A DNA stretch of 64,000 nucleotides. It comes from Acidobacteriota bacterium. GTDB lineage: Bacteria > Acidobacteriota > Thermoanaerobaculia > Gp7-AA8. Both the position numbers and the translations under genes were made by a program. Where the stretch lies: contig JAFATB010000013.1 in NCBI GenBank assembly GCA_019244185.1, positions 130,762 through 194,761 of the forward strand. Reading direction: 5' to 3'. A model generated the notes under the pieces. That model worked only from the letters and a program-made list of their open reading frames with translations, had not been told where the DNA came from and did no database searches. Shown piece by piece: positions 27,894 through 38,424 of this stretch (position 1 is its first letter; each line of letters opens with the position of its first letter).

Positions 27894-30800
27894 GTGCAAA
27901 ATCGGGCGATTCTGACGGCGCTCCGCGCCGCCGCGATCGTCATCATCGCCACCGGCCTCAATGACGTGATCGCCGGCGCCGCCGCCGGCTACGAGCCGCT
28001 CTTCCTCTTCCTCGCCGCCGTCGCCCTGGTCTCTCTCCTCGACGGCGCGATCCTCGGCATCGCCACCGCCGTCGCCGTGGCCGCCCTCGACGTCCTGCTG
28101 TTCGTCCCCCGCGGCACGCCGCTGGCCCGCGCGCTCGCGACGCCGCTGCTCTCGGCGCTGGCCGTGGCCGCGGTGATGACGGTGGTGCGCGCGCTCGTCC
28201 GCGCCCGGCGGCGCCAGCGCATGCCGGACATCTTTTCCGAGACGATCCCGCTCATCGAGGCGGAGGAGATGGAGTCGCCCGAAACGCTCCTCGCCGCCAT
28301 CGACGCGCTGCGCCTCGAGCTCCGCCGCCGCGCCGAGCAGGAGGAGTCGCTCCGCACGCACATCGAGGCGCTGATGCAGGCGCGCGCGACCGAGTACGAG
28401 CGCGAGCTCGCCGCCGCCCGCACCGCTCGTCCCGCCGACTCGGAAACCGCCGCGCAACTCGCGCGCGCCGAGGAGGAGCTGTCCGCCGCCCGCACCGCGC
28501 TCGAAGCGTCGCGCGCCGATACGCAGCGCGCGATGAACGAGCTGGCGCGAGCCGAGGAAGAACTCGAGACCGCGACCGGCGCGCTCGCGCGCGAGCGCGG
28601 AAACGCGGTGGCGTTCGCGACGAGCGTCGATACGACCACGCGCGAACGCGACGCAGCGCGCGCGGAGTTCGAGCGCATGGCCGGAGAGGTGGTGCGCGAA
28701 CGCGCGATCGGCACCGCCCTCGCGGCACGCGTCGCGGAGCTCGAACGCGCGCTTGCCGACGCGGCCGATGGCTCCGCCCGCGAGCGCGAGACCGCGCGCG
28801 CGGACGCCGAGCGCATCGCCGACGAGCTGACCCGCGAACGCGCCAGCGCCGCGACGATGGCTACGCGCGTCGCCGCGATGGAAGGCGCCCTCGCCGCCGC
28901 GGAAGACGCCGCGCGCGAACGAGACGAAGCGCAGGCGCGCGCCGCTACCCTCACCACGCGCATCGCGGAGCTCGAACGCGGTTTGACAGAAGCGGCGAAC
29001 GTTTCCCGCGAGCGCGACGCGCTGCAAACACGTCTCGCGGAATCCGAGACGCTCCGCACACAAGCAACAGAAGCGGCGCGCGCACGCGATGAGGCGGAGG
29101 CACGGGCCGCCGCACTGACCGCCCGCGTCGCGGAGCTCGAACGCGCCGCCGCGGATGCCTCCGACGCCGCCTACGACCGCAACGCCTTCCGCGCCCGCGC
29201 CGAGCAGATCGCGAACGAGCTCACCGCCGCCCAGGTGCGCCTCGCCGCGCTCGAGCCGCGCGCCGCGGAGGCCGACGCCTTGCGCGATCAGGTCGCGGAG
29301 CTGGCGGAGACGACCCGCGAGCGGGATGAAGTGCGCGCGCGAGCGGAGCGGCTCGCGAGCGAGATGGAGACGTTGCGCGCGCAGGTGGCCGCATCCGCGG
29401 ACGTGACGCGCGAGCGCGACGAGCTACGCACGCGAGCGGAGCAACTCGCGAGCGAGCTCGCCGAAGCGCGCGCACGAGCGAGCGAGGCGGAGACGCTGCA
29501 CGCGCAAGCCACGGCTGCATCCGCGGACGCAACGCGCGCACGGGATGAAGCCCTCGCGCAAGTCGCGGCATCGGGCGGGCGGGTGGCGGAGCTGGAGCGC
29601 GAGCTCACGAACGCGTCGGACGCCAGGCGCGAGCGGGACGAACTGCGCGCGCGAGCGGAGCAGCTTGCGAGCGAGGTGGAGACGCTGCATGCGCAAGCCA
29701 CAGCTGCATCCGCGGACGCAACGAGCGCACGGGATGAAGCGCTCGCGAAGGCCTCGGCATTGGGCCGACGGATGGCGGAGCTGGAGCGCGAGCTTGCGAA
29801 CGCGTCGGAAGCAACACGCGAGCGCGACGAACTGCGCGCGAGAGCGGAACAACTCGCGAGCGAGCTTGCGGACGCACGCGGCCGAGCGCGCGAAGCGGAG
29901 ACGCTGCACGTGCAGACGACGACCGCGTCGACGGACGCGACGCGCGCGCGGGATGAAGCGCTTGCACAGGCCGCGACATTGGGCGTGCGGGTGGCGGAGC
30001 TGGAGCGAGCGCTCGCGAATGCATCCGACGCGACGCGCGAGCGCGAGGAACTGCGCGCGCGTGCCGAGCAACTCGCGAGCGAGCTTACTGACGCCCGCGC
30101 ACGAGCGAGCGAGGCGGAGACGCTGCACGCGCAGGCGACGACCGCATCCTCCGACGCCACTCGCGCGCGGGATGAAGCGCTCGCGCAAGTCGCGGCGTCG
30201 AGCGTGCGGGTGGCGGAGCTGGAGCGCGCGCTCGCGAACGTATCTGACGCGACTCGCGAGCGCGACGAGCTGCGCGCGCGCGCGGACCAACTCGAGAGCG
30301 AGCTCGCGGACGCGCGTGCTCATGTCAGCGAAGTGGAGACGCTGCGCGTGCGGATGGCGACGACGTACGCGGACGCGAGTCGCGCGCGGGATGAAGCGCT
30401 CGCCGAAGTCGCGCAGATGGAACAGGCGCTCGCGACGCGCGCGGAGGACGCCGCACGCGAGCTCGCGGACGCGCAGCGGCGCGGCGAGACGCTCGCGGCG
30501 CGCGTGGCGGAGCTCGAGGAGGCGCTCGCCGAGGCGGCGGGAGCACTGCGCGAGCGCGACGACGCGCGGGCGGAGGTGGAGCGCGTTGCGAAAGACGCCG
30601 CGCGGGCGGTGGCGGATCGGGCGGCGGCGGAGGCGGTGCAATCCGCGGAGCGCGACCGGCTGCAGCGTCAGCTCGACGAGCAGCAGCGGCAGGCCGGCGA
30701 GCGGCAACAGCAAGTCGCCGCGCTGCAACACCAATTCGACGAGTCGCAGCGGCAACTCCGCGACCTCGAACAACAACGCGCGGAAGCGCAGCGCGAGCGC

Positions 30801-31496
30801 GAAGCGGCGCGGGCGGAGGCAAAGCACGCGATGGACGCGGTCGCGCGTCTGCGCGAACGCGCGGATGCGCTGACGGCGGACGCGGCGCAGGCCGCCCACG
30901 AACGCGAACGCGCCGAGGCGCTCGCGCTGCGCGTCTCCGAGCTCGAAGCGGCGGCGCTCGCGTTCGACGATCGGCTGCAGACGATCGTCGGGCATCTCGC
31001 GTCCGACCACGAGGCCGACCTCGGGCGCGCGCTCGAAGAGAAAGAAGAAGCGCGCGCGGAAGTGCGCAGTCTCACCACGCGTCTCGCGGCGCTGCAGAAG
31101 CGCTTCGATGAACTGCGCGAGGTGCAGCCGTCCGCGGCGCGGCGGCGGCGCATCCTCGTCGTCCATCCGGACGGCAACATTCGCACGACCGCGCGCACGA
31201 CCATCGAGCGCTACGGCTACGACGTCCTCGTCGCGGCGGACGGCCTCGAGGCGCTGCGCGTCGCCATGGCGGAGCAGCCGGACATCGTCATCGCGGACCT
31301 GGCCATGCCGAAGATGGATGGCCGCGAGCTCTGTCAGTTCCTCAAATCGCAGGAGAAGACGTCCGCGATCCGCGTGGTGCTGCTCACGCGCGCGACGGAG
31401 GCGATCCCTGCGGGCGCGATTCAGCCGGATCAGGTGCTGCAGAAGCCGGTGCCGGCGGAGATGTTGCGCTCGACGCTGGCGAACCTCCTCGGGTGA
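27894..31496 (+). CDS. Membrane-anchored giant coiled-coil protein with a C-terminal receiver domain and no kinase
   Basis: About four N-terminal TM helices (DUF4118-like), about 950 aa of Ala/Glu/Arg coiled coil, and a C-terminal REC domain ([15 protein letters not shown]...LLT...KPV). Confidence 0.85.
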   Translation: MQNRAILTALRAAAIVIIATGLNDVIAGAAAGYEPLFLFLAAVALVSLLDGAILGIATAVAVAALDVLLFVPRGTPLARALATPLLSALAVAAVMTVVRALVRARRRQRMPDIFSETIPLIEAEEMESPETLLAAIDALRLELRRRAEQEESLRTHIEALMQARATEYERELAAARTARPADSETAAQLARAEEELSAARTALEASRADTQRAMNELARAEEELETATGALARERGNAVAFATSVDTTTRERDAARAEFERMAGEVVRERAIGTALAARVAELERALADAADGSARERETARADAERIADELTRERASAATMATRVAAMEGALAAAEDAARERDEAQARAATLTTRIAELERGLTEAANVSRERDALQTRLAESETLRTQATEAARARDEAEARAAALTARVAELERAAADASDAAYDRNAFRARAEQIANELTAAQVRLAALEPRAAEADALRDQVAELAETTRERDEVRARAERLASEMETLRAQVAASADVTRERDELRTRAEQLASELAEARARASEAETLHAQATAASADATRARDEALAQVAASGGRVAELERELTNASDARRERDELRARAEQLASEVETLHAQATAASADATSARDEALAKASALGRRMAELERELANASEATRERDELRARAEQLASELADARGRAREAETLHVQTTTASTDATRARDEALAQAATLGVRVAELERALANASDATREREELRARAEQLASELTDARARASEAETLHAQATTASSDATRARDEALAQVAASSVRVAELERALANVSDATRERDELRARADQLESELADARAHVSEVETLRVRMATTYADASRARDEALAEVAQMEQALATRAEDAARELADAQRRGETLAARVAELEEALAEAAGALRERDDARAEVERVAKDAARAVADRAAAEAVQSAERDRLQRQLDEQQRQAGERQQQVAALQHQFDESQRQLRDLEQQRAEAQREREAARAEAKHAMDAVARLRERADALTADAAQAAHERERAEALALRVSELEAAALAFDDRLQTIVGHLASDHEADLGRALEEKEEARAEVRSLTTRLAALQKRFDELREVQPSAARRRRILVVHPDGNIRTTARTTIERYGYDVLVAADGLEALRVAMAEQPDIVIADLAMPKMDGRELCQFLKSQEKTSAIRVVLLTRATEAIPAGAIQPDQVLQKPVPAEMLRSTLANLLG
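29409..30410 (+). repeat. Intragenic tandem repeat, 219-bp (73-aa) unit, about 4.7 copies, one copy 30 bp shorter
   Basis: RER(D/E)ELR unit starts at 29409, 29628, 29817, 30036 and 30255 (spacings 219, 189, 219, 219). Confidence 0.9.
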
Positions 31497-31890
31497 GCAG
31501 CATCATATGCCGCTCCGGCGCATCGAGCGGCGTGAAGCCGAACTGCGCGTAGAGCGCGTGCGCGTCGCGCGTGACGAGGTGCCACCGCCGCAACTCCTGC
31601 AGCTCGGGATGCGCGCGGATCGCGGCCATCAGCTGCTTCGAGACGCCGCGTCCGCGATGCGACGGCAGCACGAAGACGTCCGCGAGATACGCGAACGTGG
31701 CGTAGTCGGTGATGACGCGCGCGAAGCCGACCTGCGCCTCGCCGTCGTACGCGCCGAAGCAGTGCGAGTGTGCGATCGAGCGCTCGACCCGCTCGCGCGC
31801 GATGCCGCGCGCCCAATACGACTCCTCGGATAAGTAGCGATGGATCATCGCCACGTCGAGCCGCGTGCGGTCGTCATCGATGGATATCAA
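31384..31890 (-). CDS. GNAT family N-acetyltransferase
   Basis: LDVAMIHRYLSEESYWARGI...QVGFARVITDYATFAYLADVFVLPSHRGRG...TRDAHALYAQFGF. TTG start overlaps the MocR stop. Confidence 0.9.
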   Translation of the reverse strand: MISIDDDRTRLDVAMIHRYLSEESYWARGIARERVERSIAHSHCFGAYDGEAQVGFARVITDYATFAYLADVFVLPSHRGRGVSKQLMAAIRAHPELQELRRWHLVTRDAHALYAQFGFTPLDAPERHMMLLTRGGSPASSATSPPAPASAAPDPAESRPQGSPPSRA

Positions 31891-33218
31891 ACGACCGGCT
31901 CCTCGACGCGCTCGTCTTCGATGCTGGCCACGATCTGGAGCGCCGTCTCGAGCTCGGCCAGCGTCGGCGCGGCACCGACGCTCACGCGCACCGCGCGCGG
32001 CACGTCGCGGCCGACGGCGAACGAGCTCGCGCTGGCGAGGCGCACGCGGCGTCGTCGCGCCTCTTCCGTGAACGCATCGGCGGTCCAGCGTTTCGGCAGC
32101 TCGAGCCACAGATGCGGCGAGCGCGGGTCGCCGCTGACGTGCGGGCCGAGGATGCGGCGGGCGGCGGCGTTGCGCCGCGTGATTTCGAGTCGTTTCTGCG
32201 CGATGAGGCGCGCGGCGGTGCCGTCCTCGATCCACGTCGCGGCGAGCTCGGCGACGATCGGCGTCGCGAAAAGAATGCTCGCCGCCAGCGCGCCATGCAC
32301 GCGTGGCAGCAGCGCCTCGGGTGCGGCGAGAAAGCCGACGCGCACGGCCGGCGCGAGCGCCTTGCCGAGGCCGGTGATCGAGATCGTGCGGTCGGGCGCG
32401 AACGTCGCGAGGGGAGGCGGTGTTTTCTCGAGCAGGAAACCGCAGATGTCGTCTTCGATGAGGGTGAGTCCGTGTTTCGCCGCGACGGCTGCGAGGTCGC
32501 GGCGGCGCTTCTCGGGCATCGTGACGCCGGTGGGATTATGCAGCGACGGAATGAGGTAGACGACGCGGCCGGAGCGCGCGCGTGCTGCGCGTTCGAGCGC
32601 GGCCGGCACGAGGCCGAAGCGGTCGATGGCGACTGGCTCGAGGCGCAGGCCGAGGAGCGCGGCGGCGGCTTTCGCGCCGTGATAAGTCACCGATTCGCAG
32701 AGGATCGTCTCGCCCGCGCGCGCGGTCGCGGCGAAGGCGAGGAGCAGCGCGTGCTGCGTGCCGGCGGTGACGACGACGCGCGACGGATCGACGCCGCCGC
32801 CGAGCCACTTCGCGCCGGCGGCGCGGTGGCGCTCCGTGCCGGCGCCGGTGCCGTAGGTCGTGGCGAGCATCGACGCCGCGCGTTGCAGCGCGGCGGACGA
32901 GGGCGGCGGGAAGGGGACGCTGATGTGATTCGTGGCGAGATCGATCTCGGCGGACGGCGGCGCGGCGTCGCGGCGCACCGCGCGCACGAACGTGCCGCGT
33001 CCCGTGGACGACTCGACCAGGCCGCGGCGCGCGCTCTCGCTGTAGGCGCGCGTCACCGTGACCGCCGTGATGCCGAGCGTGCGCGCCAGGTCGCGGTGCG
33101 TCGGCAGCTGCGAGCCGGGCATCAGCACGCCGGCGCGGATGTCGCGTTCCAGCACGTCGGCGATGCGGCGGTAGATCGGTTCGGGGGAGTCGGGCAGGCG
33201 CGGCGACCAGATTGTCAT
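31887..33218 (-). CDS. MocR/GabR family regulator (GntR HTH plus PLP aminotransferase domain)
   Basis: IYRRIAD...PGSQLPTHRDLA..LGI...VTRAY...GRGTFV; HNPTG, IEDD, GKALAPAVRVG. Confidence 0.93.
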   Translation of the reverse strand: MTIWSPRLPDSPEPIYRRIADVLERDIRAGVLMPGSQLPTHRDLARTLGITAVTVTRAYSESARRGLVESSTGRGTFVRAVRRDAAPPSAEIDLATNHISVPFPPPSSAALQRAASMLATTYGTGAGTERHRAAGAKWLGGGVDPSRVVVTAGTQHALLLAFAATARAGETILCESVTYHGAKAAAALLGLRLEPVAIDRFGLVPAALERAARARSGRVVYLIPSLHNPTGVTMPEKRRRDLAAVAAKHGLTLIEDDICGFLLEKTPPPLATFAPDRTISITGLGKALAPAVRVGFLAAPEALLPRVHGALAASILFATPIVAELAATWIEDGTAARLIAQKRLEITRRNAAARRILGPHVSGDPRSPHLWLELPKRWTADAFTEEARRRRVRLASASSFAVGRDVPRAVRVSVGAAPTLAELETALQIVASIEDERVEEPVV

Positions 33219-33234
33219 AGTGTCACTGTCATAG
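33211..33234. promoter_or_regulatory. Candidate MocR operator: direct repeats TGTCATAG at the MocR start codon
   Basis: ATTGTCATAG-TGTCA-CTGTCATAG in the divergent MocR/decarboxylase gap. Confidence 0.55.
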
Positions 33235-33263
33235 TTGAATGGAGAGGAGTGTAGCATAGCGCC

Positions 33264-34688
33264 ATGAGCCGCACGACGATTCTCGACGACGCCCTTCTCC
33301 GCCGCGCCCACGAGCATGCCGCCGCGTATCTGAACGAAATGCCGGACCGCCACGTCGGCGCGCGGGCCACGCGCGAGGAACTGCTGGCCGCGCTCGAGGT
33401 GCCGCTCACCGACGACGGCGAAGAGCCCGCCGCCGTCGTCGACGCGCTGGCGGCACAGGGCGCGCGCGGCGCGGTCGCGAACACCGGTCCGCGCTACTTC
33501 GGCTTCGTCATCGGCGGCAACCTGCCGGTCGCGCTCGCGTCCGACTGGCTCGTGTCGACGTGGGACCAGAACCCCGGCATCTACGCAACGTCGCCGCTGG
33601 TCTCCGTCGTCGAAGAGATCGCGCGCGGGTATCTGCTCGACCTCTTCGATCTGCCGCGCGAGTCGGGCGTCGGCTTCGTCACCGGCGGGCAGATGGCGAA
33701 CTTCACCTGTCTCGCCGCCGCGCGTCACGGCGTGCTGCGCCGCGCGGGGTGGAACGTCGAGGAAGACGGTCTCGCAGGCGCGCCGCGCGTGCATCTCGTC
33801 ACCAGCGCGGAGTCGCACGTCACCATCGACCTCTCGATGCGCTACCTCGGCTTCGGCACGCGCGCACTGCTGCGCGTCGAGAGCGACGATCAGGGCCGCA
33901 TGCGTCCCGATCGCCTGCGCCGCCTGCTCGGCAACTTCAGCGGACCGACCATCATCTGCGCGCAGGCCGGCAACGTGAACACGGGCGCCTTCGATCCGCT
34001 GCGCGAGATCGCCGAGATCGCGCACGAGCACGGCGCGTGGCTGCACGTCGACAGCGCGTTCGGCTTGTGGGCGCGCACGAGCGAGACGTTGCGCGAGCTC
34101 GCGGACGGCGCGGAGCTCGCCGACTCGTGGGGCGTCGACGCGCACAAGTGGCTCAACGTCCCGCAGGACTGCGGCCTCGCCATCGTGAAACACGCCGCCG
34201 ACCACCGCGCGTCGATGACGTCGACCGCCGCGTATCTCGTGCAGACCAGCGGCGTCGAGCGTGATTCCGTCGATTGGGTGCCGGAGTTCTCGCGGCGCGC
34301 GCGCGGCGTGCCGGTGTACGCGGCGTTGCGCGCGCTCGGACGCCGCGGCGTCGCGCAGCTCGTCGAGCGTTGTTGCGCGCGCGCGAAACAGATGGCGGAG
34401 CTGCTGCGCCGCGACGAGCGCGTCACGATCCTCAACGACGTGCGCCTCAATCAGGTGCTCGTGCGCTTCGGCGACAGCGACGATCTCACGCGCCGCGTGA
34501 TCGCGGGCGTGCAGCGCGAGGGCTCGTGCTGGCTGGGAGGAACGACGTGGCACGACCTCGCGGCGATGCGCGTGTCGGTGTCGCACTGGGCGACGAGCGA
34601 GGAAGACATCGCGCGCAGCGCGGAGGCGATCCTGCGCGCGCTCGCGAACGAATCAGCGACGGTCGCTACGCCGTCAGCACGCGCGTGA
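33264..34688 (+). CDS. Group II PLP-dependent (aromatic amino acid/glutamate-type) decarboxylase
   Basis: GPRYFGFVIGG, AGNVNTGAFD, WLHVDSAFG, PLP-lysine DAHKWL, SRRARG. Confidence 0.92.
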   Translation: MSRTTILDDALLRRAHEHAAAYLNEMPDRHVGARATREELLAALEVPLTDDGEEPAAVVDALAAQGARGAVANTGPRYFGFVIGGNLPVALASDWLVSTWDQNPGIYATSPLVSVVEEIARGYLLDLFDLPRESGVGFVTGGQMANFTCLAAARHGVLRRAGWNVEEDGLAGAPRVHLVTSAESHVTIDLSMRYLGFGTRALLRVESDDQGRMRPDRLRRLLGNFSGPTIICAQAGNVNTGAFDPLREIAEIAHEHGAWLHVDSAFGLWARTSETLRELADGAELADSWGVDAHKWLNVPQDCGLAIVKHAADHRASMTSTAAYLVQTSGVERDSVDWVPEFSRRARGVPVYAALRALGRRGVAQLVERCCARAKQMAELLRRDERVTILNDVRLNQVLVRFGDSDDLTRRVIAGVQREGSCWLGGTTWHDLAAMRVSVSHWATSEEDIARSAEAILRALANESATVATPSARA

Positions 34689-35007
34689 TCTCGTCGACCG
34701 CGTCGGCTTTGTCGACGACGTTCAGCTTGCGGCCGACGCGGCGCCGCACGGCGTCGCGGTCGGAGCTGGTCATCAGGATTACGTGGCCGAGGTCTTCGCC
34801 GACTTCCTCGCGGAGATAGGTGAGGACGCCGTAGCCGCTCTGATTCGGCACGTCCGCGTCGATGAGGATCGCCGCGTAGTCCTCGGTCTCCAGTTTCTCG
34901 ATCGCATCCCAACCGTCGGATGCGCAGTCGCAGTTGAACTGCTCTTCCATCGCGCGGCAGATGGTGGGATTGTCTTCGACGACCAGGATCTTGTCCTCTC
35001 GAGCCAT
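34666..35007 (-). CDS. Stand-alone response-regulator receiver domain protein
   Basis: ILVVEDN, DGWDAIEKL, ILIDADVP..SG, VILMTS, K. Confidence 0.85.
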   Translation of the reverse strand: MAREDKILVVEDNPTICRAMEEQFNCDCASDGWDAIEKLETEDYAAILIDADVPNQSGYGVLTYLREEVGEDLGHVILMTSSDRDAVRRRVGRKLNVVDKADAVDEITRVLTA

Positions 35008-35139
35008 GCCTGCACTGTAGGTTCCCGCCTGCCGCAGAAGCAAGCACGACCGCAGCGCGATTGTTATTGGCACCTGCGATGCACTGTGCGCTCGTCGAGA
35101 TAGTGACGCGAAAAATGTCGATGAGGATGGGATCACACC

Positions 35140-38100
35140 ATGATACCGAGCCGAAGAGTTGCAATACTCTTCGTGACTACGCTCCTCTCCACGCGGCACC
35201 TCTACGCTCGCGAAGTACGATTGAGCCAACTGTCCGCGACACCAGCGGTGAGCGCGGCATCGATCCCAGAGCGCACGAGGGTCCAGCGGAGCGCTGAGTC
35301 ACGCACAGTTGTTGCGAACGCACACGACGACCATTGCCCGAAAGACAAGCCCGCGCTGATCGGCCCGGGAGACAAGAAGGCCAAACCGGTCGTGACCTCG
35401 CCCGCGCACTTCCAGTGGCGCACGGTGAAGGACGCGAAGCATTACACGGTCACGTACGTCCTGAACGGCCACGACAACCAGGAGACCCCGCTCGGCACGA
35501 CGGACGGCACGGACCTCGTCGCCGCCGTCCCCGCGGGCGAGATCAAGTGGCGTGTGATGGCCACGAGCGACAACTGCGCGACCGTCGGACCGACGTCGGA
35601 CTGGTTCCAGTTCACGGTGAACGCGCCGCCGCCGCCGCCCCCGCACGATCCGCCTCCGCCTCCTCCGCCTCACGATCCCCCTCCGCCTCCTCCGCCGCAC
35701 GATCCTCCGCCGCCCGCGTGCAATCCCGCGATCGCGATCAGCCCGGCGTCCTCCTCGATTCTCTCGGGCCAGACCGTCACGCTGCTCGCGACGGTGACCG
35801 GCTCGAGCAGCGATGACATCACGTGGTACGAAGGCGCCGCGGGCGATCGCTCGAAGACGAGCGGTCACGGCGAGCGCTTCACCTCGCGCGAGCTCATGCA
35901 GTCGACGCGCTTCTGGGCCGAGGCGAGCACGAGCTGCGGCAAAGTCTCGAGCAACGTTGCGGTCGTGAACGTCTGCACGCCGCCGTCGATCACGACGACG
36001 TCCGCGGACGCGAACATCAATGCAGGTCAGACCACGACGCTCAGCGTGACCGCGGGCGGAGACGGTCCGTTCACCTATCAATGGTACGAAGGCGCGGTGG
36101 GCACGCGCACGAAGCCGGTTGGCGGCAACGCCTCGAGCTTCACGACGCCCGCGCTCAGCGGTCCGACCACGTACTGGGTCGAGGTGACGGGACACTGCGG
36201 CGACGCCGCGTCCTCGCGCGCGATCCGCGTGAACGTCGCGCAGAGCAACCCCGCCACGTGCGACCGTCCCTCGGCGACGAGCGCGTCGTCGGTGGCGACG
36301 ATCACCAGCGGCGTCGACTACGTGCTGCGCTGGACGCGCGTCGACAACGCCTCGCGCTATCGCGTCGAGGAAGCGACGGACGCCAGCTTCAGCAACGCAT
36401 CGTCGCAGACGGTGCAGGACGTCAGCGCCACCTTCCGTCACACGGTCACGACTTCGACGGCGTACTTTTACCGCGTCCGCGCGGTCGCCGACTGCGATGC
36501 CTCGATTCTCGGCGATGCGTCGCGCGTGGTGCGCGTCGCGGTCGTGCCGCCGCCCGCGCATGCATCCAAGACGACCGATCTCGTCGCGCCGTACGGCGCC
36601 GGCAAGGTCGTCGTCGCCGACGTCGACGTCCGCTTCGACGCGGGCGTCACCAGCTTCACCGCTTCCGCGTCCGAGTCGTGGCTTACGGTGACACCCGCCT
36701 CGGGCGGCGTTCCTCCGGCCGGCTTCGTGACGTTCACGCTTAGCGCCGATCCCCGCGCGCTGCCGCACGGCACGAGCACCGCGTCGCTGCGCGTCAACAC
36801 CGTCAGCGCGTCGGCGTCGGGTGTCGCGACGAACGGCGGCACGACGATGACCGTGCCGATCAGCGTCTCTCTTGTCACGCCGGTGACGCCGGCCATGCCG
36901 ACGAACGGCGGCGAAGTGATGATCATCCCCGCCGTCGCGCATGCGGCCGGCGCGGCCTCGCAGTGGCAGTCCGACGTGCGCATCTCGCACACGTACACGG
37001 GCGATGTGAAGTACCGCCTGACGTTCACGCCGACGGGCTCGGACGCGACGTCCGCCGTGCAGACCGACATCACGGTTCGCGAAGGCGAGACCGTCGCGCT
37101 CGACGACATCCTCGGACACTGGTTCGGCGCGGGCATGGCCAACGACGGCGCGGCCGGCGTGCTGGAGATCCGCACGCTCGACGCGATTCCGGGCAGCGGC
37201 CGCACCTACGCCACGAGCCGCCTCTTCAACGTCGCCGCGGAAGGCACGTTCGGTCAGTTCATCTCCGCGGTTCCTCTGCAGAAGTTCCTCGGCATGTCGC
37301 TCCAGGGCGATCGCCAGACGCTCGTGTCGCTCGCGCAGTCCAGCGCGTTCCGCACGAACCTCGGCGTCGTCGAAGGCAGCGGCCACGGCGCCGACGTCGT
37401 GCTCGAAGTCTTCGACGGCGCGGGCACGAAACTCTTCGACATGCCGATGACGCTCAAGGGCGGCGAGCATCGCCAGATCGGTTCCGCGCTCGCCGCGAGC
37501 GGCGTCGACCTCACCAACGCGCGCGTCGATCTGCGCGTCGTCTCGCCGGTCGGCAGCGCGTACGCGTACGCGTCCGTCATCGACAACACCACCGGCGATC
37601 CGTCGTTCGTGCCGCCGGTCGACGTCGACGGCCCGCGCGCGCGCCGCTACACGATCGCCGGCGTCGCGAACCTGCCGGTCGGCGACGGCCTGTGGCAGAC
37701 CGACGTCCGTCTCTACAACGGCGACAACGCCAGCGCCGAGGCCACGATCGAGTTCTACGCGCAGGGATCGTCGGAGCCGACGGCGACGCGCACGGTGACC
37801 GTCAACGCGGGCGAGACGCTCGCGCTCGACGACGTGCTGCCGTCGCTCTTCGGCCTCTCCGGCGTGGGCGGCGCGCTGCGCATCACGACGCCGACCGCGT
37901 CCGCGCTCGTGCCCGCCGCGCGCACCTATCACCGCCACGACAGCTCGACGTACGGCCAGTTCATCTCGGCCGCGACGGACGAAAACGCCGCGGGCCTCGG
38001 CGACGAGCCGCTGCGCATCCTGCAGATCGAAGAATCGGATCGCTTCCGCACGAACGTCGGCATCGCCGAAGTCAGCGGCCATGTCGCGACGATCGAGGTG

Positions 38101-38322
38101 ACGGCGAGCGTGCCCGACCACAAGATCGCCGCGGTGACGCAGCTCGACCTGCAGCCGAACGAGTTCGTGCAGATGAACGGCCTGCTGCGCTCGATGGGCG
38201 TCGACGACGCGTACAACGCCTCCGTGACGTTGCGCGTGATCGGCGGCGACGGACGCGTGATCGGCTACGCGTCGGTCATCGACAACCGCACGCAGGACCC
38301 GACGTACGTGATGGCGCAGTAA
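35140..38322 (+). CDS. Large exported multi-Ig/FN3/BACON surface protein with duplicated C-terminal module pairs
   Basis: Signal-like N-terminus, Pro-rich linker, two Ig domains (TWYEG/YQWYEG), FN3-like, BACON-like (SESWLTVTP). The pattern W(Q)(S/T)DVR..T(F/Y)GQFI / FRTN.G..YASVIDN.T.DP occurs twice. Confidence 0.85.
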   Translation: MIPSRRVAILFVTTLLSTRHLYAREVRLSQLSATPAVSAASIPERTRVQRSAESRTVVANAHDDHCPKDKPALIGPGDKKAKPVVTSPAHFQWRTVKDAKHYTVTYVLNGHDNQETPLGTTDGTDLVAAVPAGEIKWRVMATSDNCATVGPTSDWFQFTVNAPPPPPPHDPPPPPPPHDPPPPPPPHDPPPPACNPAIAISPASSSILSGQTVTLLATVTGSSSDDITWYEGAAGDRSKTSGHGERFTSRELMQSTRFWAEASTSCGKVSSNVAVVNVCTPPSITTTSADANINAGQTTTLSVTAGGDGPFTYQWYEGAVGTRTKPVGGNASSFTTPALSGPTTYWVEVTGHCGDAASSRAIRVNVAQSNPATCDRPSATSASSVATITSGVDYVLRWTRVDNASRYRVEEATDASFSNASSQTVQDVSATFRHTVTTSTAYFYRVRAVADCDASILGDASRVVRVAVVPPPAHASKTTDLVAPYGAGKVVVADVDVRFDAGVTSFTASASESWLTVTPASGGVPPAGFVTFTLSADPRALPHGTSTASLRVNTVSASASGVATNGGTTMTVPISVSLVTPVTPAMPTNGGEVMIIPAVAHAAGAASQWQSDVRISHTYTGDVKYRLTFTPTGSDATSAVQTDITVREGETVALDDILGHWFGAGMANDGAAGVLEIRTLDAIPGSGRTYATSRLFNVAAEGTFGQFISAVPLQKFLGMSLQGDRQTLVSLAQSSAFRTNLGVVEGSGHGADVVLEVFDGAGTKLFDMPMTLKGGEHRQIGSALAASGVDLTNARVDLRVVSPVGSAYAYASVIDNTTGDPSFVPPVDVDGPRARRYTIAGVANLPVGDGLWQTDVRLYNGDNASAEATIEFYAQGSSEPTATRTVTVNAGETLALDDVLPSLFGLSGVGGALRITTPTASALVPAARTYHRHDSSTYGQFISAATDENAAGLGDEPLRILQIEESDRFRTNVGIAEVSGHVATIEVTASVPDHKIAAVTQLDLQPNEFVQMNGLLRSMGVDDAYNASVTLRVIGGDGRVIGYASVIDNRTQDPTYVMAQ
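35626..35715 (+). repeat. Pro-rich linker repeat (PPPPPP(P)HD)x3
   Basis: ccgccgccgccgcccccgcacgat-type units within the CDS. Confidence 0.85.
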
Positions 38323-38371
38323 CTGCGCCGCGTGATGGCGCAGTAACTCCGCCGCGTGATGGCGCAGTAAC
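38307..38371 (+). repeat. 24-bp tandem repeat (2.7 copies) duplicating the last codons and stop of the surface-protein gene
   Basis: CGTGATGGCGCAGTAAC at 38307, 38331 and 38355, with spacers TGCGCCG and TCCGCCG. Confidence 0.9.
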
Positions 38372-38387
38372 GAAGAACAGCAATCGC

Positions 38388-38424
38388 CGGGTCGCGAAGG
38401 TCACTTCAGGACTTTCGCGACCCG
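38388..38424. terminator. 15-bp stem-loop over the stop codon of the convergent SARP gene (possible terminator)
   Basis: CGGGTCGCGAAGGTC-ACTTCAG-GACTTTCGCGACCCG with one G-T pair; no U-tract. Confidence 0.45.

Noticed and set aside
27894-31496. SMC protein, phage tape measure or hybrid histidine kinase
   Set aside because: There are no Walker motifs, no H-box or HATPase domain and no phage genes nearby.
33219-34586. N-terminal 456-aa extension of the MocR ORF (899 aa in the track)
   Set aside because: It is antisense to the decarboxylase; the GntR domain begins at the ATG at 33218.
35299-38121. 940-aa antisense ORF, and similar long shadow ORFs (18039..20036, 47248..49491, 52400..54793, 58543..60867)
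   Set aside because: Stop-poor alternative frames are expected at this GC content; they carry no motifs and overlap well-supported genes.
38307-38371. Possible mini-CRISPR array
   Set aside because: The repeats are 17 bp with near-identical 7-bp spacers, they copy a gene end, and no cas genes are present.
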